Origin: a virus | Lineage: Duplodnaviria; Caudoviricetes | DNA: 64,000 nucleotides | IMG/VR virus record: IMGVR_UViG_3300030060_005272 | Coordinates: 313 to 64,312 of that record | Reading direction: 5' to 3' (one strand) | Shown: in pieces, positions 9,151 through 17,578 of the stretch | Numbering within the stretch: position 1 is the stretch's first letter | How the letters are laid out: the number at the start of each line of letters is the position of its first letter | Made by a program: the position numbers and the translations under genes | Notes under the pieces: generated by a model | Told to the model about the DNA's origin: nothing | The model's input: the letters and a program-made list of their open reading frames with translations, nothing else | Databases searched by the model: none

Positions 9151-10144
9151 CGATTGCTACCACTAACTTCTGACATCTTTCATTATACTGTCCATTGAAG
9201 TTTTGGTCAACAAGATTAGCTAACTCAATCATCATTAGTCTCTTATCACCACTATTGATAACATTGACGAATCGTGGAGATATTCCATGAGCCATATCAC
9301 CATATGCTTTGATAAGACGTTCTGCTTCTTTACCAATATGCTTCTCAACTATCTTTGGTGTGAACATATTGACATCATGTTTCTTATACACATCACCATA
9401 CACACTATGCCATAACCCTGCCATACACACTGGCTTCTCAGCACCTAACTGTTCTAAGTACATATAGACATTCCATAGATGATGGAAGAATGGTCTTCCT
9501 GTATGTTGAACTTTAGTTGTATTGTCATACAGATACTTTACACCCTCATCACCATAACCTTTTGGAGCAGTGTTGAATACCATAATGGTTTTCTCAAAAG
9601 GAGTTATTCTTGATAGAGGTGATGTTGAATGTAGCTGAGCACTATCAAAGATAAACAATCTATTATACTTTGGCAACATGGCAACTTCTACATCTTGACT
9701 ATCGTCATACAATAGAGTCATACCATAGTACTTAGGATCCCAATCCTTTGTCATATAAAGAATAGCAGTTTCAAATCCAGGATGTGATTGAACTACGTCT
9801 CCATCTCTTGCTTGTTTATCTGTATGTGGATATGCATCTTGTCCAAAGTGATATGTCTTTGTATACGTTCTATATAATGCTCTCTTACCTATAACATCTT
9901 GAAGAACGTCAAATGCATCTAACATTATTGGATGGTTTTGTTCTATGTCTGGTGAGTTTAACATATCCCATTGAAAGAACTTTGGCTGCTTAACAATGTT
10001 ATGTTGACCATGACCAAATTCAAATGTGTTACGATTATGAGACTTCCAACCATGTTGGAACCATGTGCAATATTTTCTTTTGATGTCGAGCAATAGGTCT
10101 TCAGAGAAGGCGCCTTCGACGCACTTCGGTTCAATATAACTCAT
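9137..10144 (-). CDS. 2OG-Fe(II) oxygenase fused to a C-terminal HD-like (DUF6817-like) domain
   Basis: N-terminal PHTD...LFIFDSAQLH; C-terminal HTGRPFFHHL..VY...AGLWHSVYG. Confidence 0.65.
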   Translation of the reverse strand: MSYIEPKCVEGAFSEDLLLDIKRKYCTWFQHGWKSHNRNTFEFGHGQHNIVKQPKFFQWDMLNSPDIEQNHPIMLDAFDVLQDVIGKRALYRTYTKTYHFGQDAYPHTDKQARDGDVVQSHPGFETAILYMTKDWDPKYYGMTLLYDDSQDVEVAMLPKYNRLFIFDSAQLHSTSPLSRITPFEKTIMVFNTAPKGYGDEGVKYLYDNTTKVQHTGRPFFHHLWNVYMYLEQLGAEKPVCMAGLWHSVYGDVYKKHDVNMFTPKIVEKHIGKEAERLIKAYGDMAHGISPRFVNVINSGDKRLMMIELANLVDQNFNGQYNERCQKLVVAIDELK

Positions 10145-10152
10145 AATAAATC

Positions 10153-10740
10153 CTATGCAAAATTAGTAGATTGTGTATCCGTAGTCCCAGATGAGCTCAG
10201 TCTTAGAATCCTGAACAATTTATATCTAAATGTTGCTTGGCACTCTATGTAATCAACTGAAGGTGCCGTGGTTGAAAATTGTAAATCAGACAGTGCTGTT
10301 GGATAACAGTCTTCAAATTGTACTTCTAAGTTAGGGTTCATAGCACTGTTCATTATAGTTAAAGTAGCATCACTATACGGCCCTTCTGCTAAAAAGTCAA
10401 CACTTCTTTGCTTTTCATATATGTTTTTAGCTTGAGCAAAGTCTTCTGGGAATCCTAATTGAACCATCCAATCAAACAATTCAATATAGTTTTTCATATC
10501 CTCATCTACTTTGAAGGATAGTTGAAACTCAGCAAATGCCATACGATCACCAATTGTTGGAATGTTAACAAAAGGTGTTGGTAATACTGCATCACCCATT
10601 TGTACAGTAGGAACATTCACTGCTTGTACAAAGTAGTTTGTGTTTGGTAGCTTCTTAATTGAAAAGTTGAAACCCAGTGGTGATAGGAACTGAGTATTAT
10701 CAGGCTGATCAGTTAGTGCTCCTGCGACTTGAGTAGCCAA
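10153..10740 (-). CDS. gp3: Tail completion / tube terminator protein
   Basis: FLSPLGFNFSIKKLP, F.VDEDMKNY.E...W and YSDATL.I; position downstream of gp23; TTG start. Confidence 0.85.
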   Translation of the reverse strand: MATQVAGALTDQPDNTQFLSPLGFNFSIKKLPNTNYFVQAVNVPTVQMGDAVLPTPFVNIPTIGDRMAFAEFQLSFKVDEDMKNYIELFDWMVQLGFPEDFAQAKNIYEKQRSVDFLAEGPYSDATLTIMNSAMNPNLEVQFEDCYPTALSDLQFSTTAPSVDYIECQATFRYKLFRILRLSSSGTTDTQSTNFA

Positions 10741-10952
10741 TCTACACTCCTAAATTCTCTACTATATGAATCTGCAATCAATACTTCGTTTATCACAGCT
10801 TCAATGTTTAAATGCCAATAATTTAAAAACTTATGTACTCTAGGATACTCTGGTACTATGTCTTCTGTGCCCCAATAGAACTCTTGAAGGATGTTGTTAT
10901 AGTCGGGCATCCAATATCTGACGTTAACCAGTACTTGTTGTTTAACTATCAT
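10713..10952 (-). CDS. usg: Usg-like family protein
   Basis: Y.MPDY..ILQEF.W...D..PEYPR.HKFL.YW...IEA.I..V matches the Usg family typical of Alphaproteobacteria. Confidence 0.75.
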   Translation of the reverse strand: MIVKQQVLVNVRYWMPDYNNILQEFYWGTEDIVPEYPRVHKFLNYWHLNIEAVINEVLIADSYSREFRSVDWLLKSQEH

Positions 10953-10957
10953 ATGTC

Positions 10958-10965
10958 TATTTATA
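10958..10965 (-). promoter_or_regulatory. T4-type late promoter TATAAATA upstream of usg/gp3
   Basis: Exact consensus (plus strand tatttata) immediately after the gp23 terminator. Confidence 0.75.
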
Positions 10966-10966
10966 C

Positions 10967-10994
10967 AAAAAAAGAGGAGGCCGAAGCCTCCTCT
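10967..10994 (-). terminator. Rho-independent terminator after gp23
   Basis: Minus strand AGAGGAGGC-TTCG-GCCTCCTCT followed by a T-run: perfect 9-bp stem with a C(UUCG)G tetraloop. Confidence 0.92.
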
Positions 10995-11015
10995 AAGTTG
11001 GTTATGTAACCTAAA

Positions 11016-12377
11016 TTACATTATGTTATCTACAAGGATCTTTCTGTAGTACTCATTGGAGTCTGCAGAAAGCGTACCAGCAGCTGCTAGAGCTGATGTA
11101 CCTCGTGCAAACGGATTCTCGATCACGCCGTAACGAGTCTTGAAGCCGATTTTAGGTTGGAAAGTATCTTCCCCAACCGCACGAACCATTTGTAATGGAA
11201 CATATGGGCAGTAGAATAGACCGGCATCAAATGCACTAGAGCCTTTATAACCAACTGTCATATAGTTGCCAGTTGTATAAGGGTCAATGTATACTCGAAT
11301 TCGTCCGTTTAGTACACCAGCAAAAGTGTTGCCTGTGTCATCTACTTGCAAATTGTTAGAGTTAAGAGCTGGAGTGTAATCTAATACACCAGCCATTTGT
11401 AGTGCGGATGCAACATCTGAAGAGCAGATCAGCATGTTGCCTTTCCCCCTACGAGTACCCTTCGCAATACTGTTAGCTTCTCGTTCGATCTGGAACATCA
11501 GACCTTTGAACTTCTCAACCATCCAACGACCGTTAGAGTCGGTGTCTAAGTCAAATTTACCTGCTGTAGTCGTGTCATCTTGGGCACCAACCTTAGCGAT
11601 AACATTAACTGTTCGAATCATTTCTCGGTTGATTTCAGCCAAGATTTCAGTCGAAAGAATGTTAGCTAGTTCGGACTCAGCATCCAATCCGTGGATTGCT
11701 TTTAAGTCCTGTGCCAATTCCATGGTGTATTCTGCTTTGAGAGCTCTGGACTTTGCAGTCACAGCAATCTTCTCAATGCTGAATGCCATCTCTGGGAAAG
11801 CGTTAGCGGCACCATCACCCAAGCGCTCTGCTTGAGCTGTTGTCATACCAGCAGCATAGTTGTACAGTTCAATGTTAGAAGCAGAACTGTTTAAGTAACC
11901 GTTACCTACGAATGTACCTAGGTTTTGAGTAGCACCACCAACGTTGGTGTTTGTGGAGCTATCTTTATCCATAGAGAAGCCAGTGTTAACTTCGTTATAG
12001 AATGTCTCATCACCAGTCTGGTTAGTGTAACGTGATCTCATTGCAAAGATCAAACCAGTAGGACCAGTCATAGGCTGAACACCCATGATGTCATATGCTA
12101 CTAAGTTTGGCATTGCACGACGAACCAAGCTGATTAGAACTGGATCGTATATGTCAATGTTACCATCGCCAGCAGTTGAAGAGGAAGCACCCATAGCGTT
12201 TGTTGGGGCTGCTTCAAGCAACGATTGTGGGTTAAAAGAAGCTGACTCGCGAAGAGCAGATTCCGTGTTTTCTAGCATTACAGCTGTGACGTTCCGCTTA
12301 TGAACATCCCCAATTTTGTCTAAGTCGGGGTGCTCAATAATGGGCTGCCATTTCTGCAATAAATCTTCGTTTAACAT
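11016..12377 (-). CDS. gp23: Major capsid protein
   Basis: DPVLISLVRRAMPNL, VQPMTGPTGLIFAMRSRY, SRALKAEYTMELAQDLKAIHGLDAE and FQPKIGFKTRYG. Confidence 0.98.
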   Translation of the reverse strand: MLNEDLLQKWQPIIEHPDLDKIGDVHKRNVTAVMLENTESALRESASFNPQSLLEAAPTNAMGASSSTAGDGNIDIYDPVLISLVRRAMPNLVAYDIMGVQPMTGPTGLIFAMRSRYTNQTGDETFYNEVNTGFSMDKDSSTNTNVGGATQNLGTFVGNGYLNSSASNIELYNYAAGMTTAQAERLGDGAANAFPEMAFSIEKIAVTAKSRALKAEYTMELAQDLKAIHGLDAESELANILSTEILAEINREMIRTVNVIAKVGAQDDTTTAGKFDLDTDSNGRWMVEKFKGLMFQIEREANSIAKGTRRGKGNMLICSSDVASALQMAGVLDYTPALNSNNLQVDDTGNTFAGVLNGRIRVYIDPYTTGNYMTVGYKGSSAFDAGLFYCPYVPLQMVRAVGEDTFQPKIGFKTRYGVIENPFARGTSALAAAGTLSADSNEYYRKILVDNIM

Positions 12378-12399
12378 TTATTTCTCCGTATGTTAAGAT

Positions 12400-13518
12400 T
12401 TATTTTTGAAGGGTTCTTGAAATAGCCTGAGCATAAGCAGCCATTGGCCCGTCAGAGATTCCCGTAGGCTTATCTTCGGTATCAACTTCAACTAGTTCTT
12501 CATTGATCTCAGTTTCTGTTGCGGCTGGTTTCTTGTTAAAGTATGTTTCAAGAATAGTGTCGAGCTTCGATGTGAAGTCTTCTTCACTATCATAGTCTAG
12601 GCCTTCAACTAGATCCTTAAACTCATCTTGTTGTTTAAGGGTCATGCCTCTACTCTTTTCATTGAAAAGGATAGCTGCGTGTTGATCTTTCATGACCTTT
12701 TTGAGGTCAATCTCTTGGTTGACTGCTTCGTCCAACTTCTTCTTCAGTTCTTCAACTTCAGATTCCATTGCAGCAACATGGTCAACCTTGTCTTCAGGAA
12801 TCTCAATGTAAGATTCTTTGAATAGGTCTTTGACGCCATTCATAAAGTTTTCAGCCATTTCTACTTTAAGAGCTGATTCAATGGCGATCTCGTTTTCTTT
12901 CATCCAAGTTTCAGCAACGTACTCTAAGTATTCGTCTAACTTGTTTTCAAGATCTGTTTCGTGTTGAGCTGTAGCTTCTGCTAACTTCTTATCATAGGCT
13001 TCTTTCAATGCTTCTTCTACTACTGTAGCTTTTGCATTCAAAGCTGCTTCAAAGATTGTAGATGCTTGATCAAAGAATTCCTCTGTGAGACTTTCTTTGT
13101 CTTTGAAAAGCAATTCTAAGTCTTCTTTAACTTTGATGTTTGCCATTGTATGAAGTTTAACAGGGCTAGCTGCATTACCTTTTGCAGTGATTGATGCTTT
13201 GTTTCCAGAAGAATCCATCAAGCCTTTGTAAGCCTTAGAGGCTTGGCCTGGTGTCATCTTAGAAAACATATCTACTACGTTTTGTATTACGCCAGTTTTA
13301 CCTAACTTAGGCATTGGCATAGCGTTTGATTTATCCGCCTTCCTACGTGAAGAACCAGTATCGATTGGGTCGGCCACACTAGAGTCCTCACCAGAAGCCT
13401 GGAATTCAACAAGCTCTTCTTCTTGTTCTTCATCGTCGTCAGCGGCTTCAAGAATTTCTTCTTCGTCAGTTAAGGATTCTAAATCCTCAATCTGATCCTG
13501 AGCTTCTTCTCTTGCCAT
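12400..13518 (-). CDS. gp22: Prohead core scaffolding protein
   Basis: Acidic coiled coil with A.TIFEAA, DEYLEYV.E.WM.ENE.AIE and LF.E.YI.IPEDK; synteny. Confidence 0.92.
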   Translation of the reverse strand: MAREEAQDQIEDLESLTDEEEILEAADDDEEQEEELVEFQASGEDSSVADPIDTGSSRRKADKSNAMPMPKLGKTGVIQNVVDMFSKMTPGQASKAYKGLMDSSGNKASITAKGNAASPVKLHTMANIKVKEDLELLFKDKESLTEEFFDQASTIFEAALNAKATVVEEALKEAYDKKLAEATAQHETDLENKLDEYLEYVAETWMKENEIAIESALKVEMAENFMNGVKDLFKESYIEIPEDKVDHVAAMESEVEELKKKLDEAVNQEIDLKKVMKDQHAAILFNEKSRGMTLKQQDEFKDLVEGLDYDSEEDFTSKLDTILETYFNKKPAATETEINEELVEVDTEDKPTGISDGPMAAYAQAISRTLQK

Positions 13519-13547
13519 TATTGACTCCTATAGTTTGTCATTAAACT

Positions 13548-13555
13548 TATTTATA
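13548..13555 (-). promoter_or_regulatory. Late promoter TATAAATA upstream of gp22
   Basis: Exact consensus in the gp21-gp22 intergenic region. Confidence 0.8.
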
Positions 13556-13568
13556 ATTTTACTGTTTT

Positions 13569-14225
13569 TTATAGCGATTTTAGGTATTTATCGAATAGTC
13601 TTAGCGCTGATTCTTGAAGTTCCTTGCTCGACTTCCGTCCTAAATCTTTCGTTTCTTCCACAACTTTCATTGCGTTGAAATGTCCAGATGCAGCGTCATA
13701 TACCCAATCGACCCCTTCCATCACTCCATTAACAAATGCTTGAGGTGCTGAGGGATCAGCCACAATGTCAGCGGCCGTAGAAAGCATAAAGTCATCTTGT
13801 ACTACTTGACATCCTGCCTTCTCTCTTAGAGTACCCATACCGCGGCTTGACACACCTAACTGCGCACCTTCGTCAATCAAGTTCTTGACAATATTACCAT
13901 ACGGGGTATCTAAAACTTTTGCTTTACCAATATAGTTGTTACCTTCTTGGCGCAAATCTTTTATCATATGGGACACTCTTTCGAGGTTAATTGTAGGTCC
14001 ATTAGGATGACCTAGCTCACCATATGCTCTGTTCTTTTGAATATATTCTTCATTGTAACGGTTGACTTCCTTTGACATTGTAGACATAGGATACATTCTA
14101 CCATTACGGTTCTTCATTTCTGCTTGAAGGAATACACCTTCAATGAAATGACTCTTTTGTTTTGTCTCTTCGTTTATTTCTATCTTGACGTCAACTCGTT
14201 CGACAAGTTCTGTTACTAGCTTCAT
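13569..14225 (-). CDS. gp21: Prohead core protease
   Basis: IEGVFLQAE.KNRNGR.Y, GELGHP, GVSSRGMG and DIVADPSAP.AFV; likely start ATG 14225 (MKLVTE). Confidence 0.95.
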   Translation of the reverse strand: MKLVTELVERVDVKIEINEETKQKSHFIEGVFLQAEMKNRNGRMYPMSTMSKEVNRYNEEYIQKNRAYGELGHPNGPTINLERVSHMIKDLRQEGNNYIGKAKVLDTPYGNIVKNLIDEGAQLGVSSRGMGTLREKAGCQVVQDDFMLSTAADIVADPSAPQAFVNGVMEGVDWVYDAASGHFNAMKVVEETKDLGRKSSKELQESALRLFDKYLKSL

Positions 14226-14488
14226 TCTGAGCTTCCTCCAGCTATCGGAGTGATGTAACATGTTGCGACATTAGTGTGCAATGAAACATACATTCCTACT
14301 GCACCAAGATCAAGATTCACTGACTCGCCGCCATCTAAGTTGATTGTCTTAACAACATTACTGTTTGTTGTTCCAATCTCTACGTTGGCAACTGATGTAG
14401 CATGCGTGTTAACAATCCTAACATAGCGGTAAGATTGTTGATCGTGATCAGCATCTAGTACGGCTGTATTAGCAATTACTTTTATCAC
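14222..14488 (-). CDS. Hypothetical protein in the head module
   Basis: 88-aa ORF translationally coupled to both neighbours. Confidence 0.6.
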   Translation of the reverse strand: MIKVIANTAVLDADHDQQSYRYVRIVNTHATSVANVEIGTTNSNVVKTINLDGGESVNLDLGAVGMYVSLHTNVATCYITPIAGGSSE

Positions 14489-15081
14489 GCTACACTCCTA
14501 ACCCAATTCAGCAATGCAGAGTTGGTTTCTCTGTTTTGTAGAAATAAATTTTCAAATTGGTCTTGATGTTCATCTGATAAACTATCGAATACTTCTTCAA
14601 GTTTGGCCATTTCATGTGCTTCAATCTTGACTTCTGAATCATCATCTAACAACCATATGCCATCCTGTTCAGGATCAAAGTCTTCTTGAGACATCTTATT
14701 GGCTGTTGCATACATGACTGACTCTGCATCTTTACCGTATCGGCTAACAAAGTCTGACTTATTCTTTTTCATAGATTGTACGATCTCTTCTGCTTTCTTA
14801 TTGGCAGCAGCTTCATACATCTGTGAATTAGTTTCGTTTTCTTGATCAGCTATTCGTTTCTTTTTAGTTCTTTTGGCTCCGGAGAACAGCTCATCTTTGT
14901 CACCAGAGTTCTTTTCAGGAACAGGGTAATCCGTCTTGGCAATAACATGCTTGTCTTTGAAGTCACGTTCGCCAGGCACACCGGGATTCTTGTAACTGAC
15001 ATTCATTCCTTTGTCCTGTCCAGGAGTAGGAACGATATCAATCTTCTTCGGTTGTTCCGTCAGCTGTTTCAATCTCTTCAT
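14485..15081 (-). CDS. Hypothetical, probable internal head/prohead core protein
   Basis: Charged protein with a K.EEIV.SMKKNK..F..RYGK.A..VMYATA.K motif recalled from T4-like marine phage head-region proteins. Confidence 0.55.
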   Translation of the reverse strand: MKRLKQLTEQPKKIDIVPTPGQDKGMNVSYKNPGVPGERDFKDKHVIAKTDYPVPEKNSGDKDELFSGAKRTKKKRIADQENETNSQMYEAAANKKAEEIVQSMKKNKSDFVSRYGKDAESVMYATANKMSQEDFDPEQDGIWLLDDDSEVKIEAHEMAKLEEVFDSLSDEHQDQFENLFLQNRETNSALLNWVRSVA

Positions 15082-15361
15082 CTGACTGTTCTTCCTCTTC
15101 TTCAGTTGTATCGTCTTCGGCTGATGCCTCTACTTCACCTTCTTGTTCTTCTGGCCCAAGCTCCATAGCAGGAGTACTTGATGGATCTAATCCAGCCAGT
15201 TTGTCCGCAACAACTTGTCTGATCTGGTCAACTTTATCATTAACCTTACCGACCATTGCTCCAGAGAAGTAATCTGCAAATGCAGTTGGTTCTCCACTGT
15301 TTGCGGCCTTAATCATATCGTTCAACGTTTGTCCTGGTGTTTCCACCTCAGGTTCAGCCAT
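15038..15361 (-). CDS. Acidic prohead core protein (gp67-like position)
   Basis: Small, very acidic C-terminus; lies directly downstream of the portal gene. Confidence 0.55.
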   Translation of the reverse strand: MAEPEVETPGQTLNDMIKAANSGEPTAFADYFSGAMVGKVNDKVDQIRQVVADKLAGLDPSSTPAMELGPEEQEGEVEASAEDDTTEEEEEQSDEEIETADGTTEED

Positions 15362-15376
15362 TATTATATCTCCAAT

Positions 15377-15384
15377 TATTTATA
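15377..15384 (-). promoter_or_regulatory. Late promoter TATAAATA
   Basis: Exact consensus between the portal gene and the 15361 ORF. Confidence 0.75.
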
Positions 15385-15385
15385 T

Positions 15386-16954
15386 TTATCCGTCACTAGG
15401 GGGACCATTTTGCCCGTCAATATTGTTAGTACCCATGTCAGGATCCGCTAACGCCGCATCCATTTCTGTGTTTGCGTCATTCTCGTCCTTCATTTGATCT
15501 TCCAATGTAGCAATTTCGTCATCGGACATTCTAAGTACATTACGTTTTACCCATTCTTGTGAGAAGTACTTACCCACATACGGATCAATACTATTCAATG
15601 TATTGACTCGTTCTGTGATTATTTCATTCTCTTTGAGTTCAGTAAAGTAGTTATCTTGTTTGAAGTCATACTTGATATTACGTCTTATATCTTGATACTC
15701 TTCTGGTGTCATATGACCCTTGAGCACTAATTGTTTCTCTAATGCACCATCAAATAGCATTGAGAATCTCATGCGCAATCTTTGTATGAACTTCTGAAAT
15801 TTAACTTCGTCGCGATTGATCTCTGTTGCACGACCCAACGTCATTCCTGTTTCAGGCTCTAAGCGACTGACAGGAACATTGAGAGACTTATACATCTTCT
15901 TTTGGAAGTATATAACATCATCCATCTCACCAAGATTTTGACCGCCCGGTAGAGTGGTAATCTCTGTACCTCTACCACCTTCTCGTCGTGGGAGCCAGTA
16001 GTCTTCAAGCATTGTCATAAACTTACGATCGTCTCTGATCTCACCAGTGGCTGCATCATAGATCAATCTGTTCTTATGCTTGACCATCATATCTCTTAGG
16101 TATTGCTCTGCTTTCATCTTGGGTAGATTACCAACATCAATATAGAATATACGCCTTTCAGGAGCTCTAGCTATTCGGTAGATGACCGTTGCGTCTTCTA
16201 ATATACGAAGTTGGTTGAGAGGCTTGATAGCCTTATGTAAATGAGATAAAACTAATCTGTTATCTTCACTCATCACACCAGAAGTGCAATGGAGTATAGC
16301 ATCCTTGGCAATCTTAACACCTTGGTCTTGACCAGCAGATGAAGGAGTGCCACCAGGATATCCAACAAATCCTTTATTGTTGTATAGAAAGAACTCACTT
16401 CTGGTACGTTCTACTTGAACTTGTGTGCCAGGTATACGTTCTTTTTTGTTTTCTCTAACTTTTTTGATCTTACGTGGATCAATATATCGTAACTCTTGAA
16501 TACCATCAGCTACGTTCTCTGGATCAATGATAACATGATAGAACATACGTCCATCAATATACCAATGTCTGGCTACTTCATAGCCTTTCTCATTGAACTC
16601 TAACAGATCAAGAATGTATTCAAACTCTTCTTGAATGACTTTCTTAGTAGATGCACCTATACCTTTAACGTGGTCAAGGTTTATTTCTACTAGTCTTTGG
16701 TGTTCATCATATACTATAAACTCATGTATGATATCATCAATAGCCATGTCGCACTCAGGCTGCATAGACATTCTACGATATCGTGTAATCATTTCTGCTT
16801 CGGTACGTGTTGCTCCTTCGAGATCAACATATGTGCCATACATGCCTCCAGTAGAGACTTGATGCGCACCGTCATCCAAAGCAAGAGGAGCGAACGAAGC
16901 AGTAGCCTGATCGTCCGCCCTTCTCTTTATTTCAAAACCAAAAAGGGTAGCCAT
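15386..16954 (-). CDS. gp20: Portal vertex protein
   Basis: LFGFEI, WYIDGR, IYRIARAPERRIFYIDVGNLPK.KAEQYL and EDYWLPRREGGRGTEITTLPGGQNLG. Confidence 0.97.
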   Translation of the reverse strand: MATLFGFEIKRRADDQATASFAPLALDDGAHQVSTGGMYGTYVDLEGATRTEAEMITRYRRMSMQPECDMAIDDIIHEFIVYDEHQRLVEINLDHVKGIGASTKKVIQEEFEYILDLLEFNEKGYEVARHWYIDGRMFYHVIIDPENVADGIQELRYIDPRKIKKVRENKKERIPGTQVQVERTRSEFFLYNNKGFVGYPGGTPSSAGQDQGVKIAKDAILHCTSGVMSEDNRLVLSHLHKAIKPLNQLRILEDATVIYRIARAPERRIFYIDVGNLPKMKAEQYLRDMMVKHKNRLIYDAATGEIRDDRKFMTMLEDYWLPRREGGRGTEITTLPGGQNLGEMDDVIYFQKKMYKSLNVPVSRLEPETGMTLGRATEINRDEVKFQKFIQRLRMRFSMLFDGALEKQLVLKGHMTPEEYQDIRRNIKYDFKQDNYFTELKENEIITERVNTLNSIDPYVGKYFSQEWVKRNVLRMSDDEIATLEDQMKDENDANTEMDAALADPDMGTNNIDGQNGPPSDG

Positions 16955-16995
16955 GTAATTATATCACTTTCACATTATGTAGTTAGATTATTCAT

Positions 16996-17547
16996 CTAAT
17001 TGCCGCCAGCGTTACCCGTTGTTCCTCCGTCAACTTCCCACCAGTCATACTGGAAGGTCACACTGAATTCTTCTATAGCATCTGTTGTGTTCCAATCTAA
17101 GTCAATTGAGCTGACTTCAATTGGCCACATACCATTGAAGGTATATTGGCGCAACGGTGTACCAACTTTTGCATATTGGATAACCTGGGCATTTTCTTTG
17201 TATAGAGCTGGAGCCGAAGTTCCAAAGGACCTTACGTTACCAAGATGAGTATTGATGTTTTGCATCCACTCTTCCATTGCGTTTCTGATGAGGAAGTCCT
17301 CATCGTTAACTACCGTAATAGTCCACTCTGCGAATGTTCTGTCACCAGCAATCTTGATCTTTCTACCGAAGTATCCCACTTCGATTGTTCCGATTGTTGA
17401 TGCAGGAATCTGTGCTGCTCTAGCCATAAATGGCAGCTTCGCGTCCCCAGCCGGATTGACTGGGTTGTTCATGATAACCTGAAACAGAGCAGGGCGTGCA
17501 CCACCTAGTGCTAGCTGTGATCTGATTTCGTTTATATTAAAGGCCAT
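16996..17547 (-). CDS. gp19: Tail tube protein
   Basis: GGARP.LF, GRKIKIAGDRTFAEWTITV.NDEDF.IR and IEEF.VTFQY.WW. Confidence 0.95.
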   Translation of the reverse strand: MAFNINEIRSQLALGGARPALFQVIMNNPVNPAGDAKLPFMARAAQIPASTIGTIEVGYFGRKIKIAGDRTFAEWTITVVNDEDFLIRNAMEEWMQNINTHLGNVRSFGTSAPALYKENAQVIQYAKVGTPLRQYTFNGMWPIEVSSIDLDWNTTDAIEEFSVTFQYDWWEVDGGTTGNAGGN

Positions 17548-17570
17548 TGAACTCTCCTATTCCTTATATC

Positions 17571-17578
17571 TATTTAGC
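17571..17578 (-). promoter_or_regulatory. Variant late promoter GCTAAATA upstream of gp19
   Basis: TAAATA core in the gp18-gp19 intergenic region; a variant of the consensus. Confidence 0.45.
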
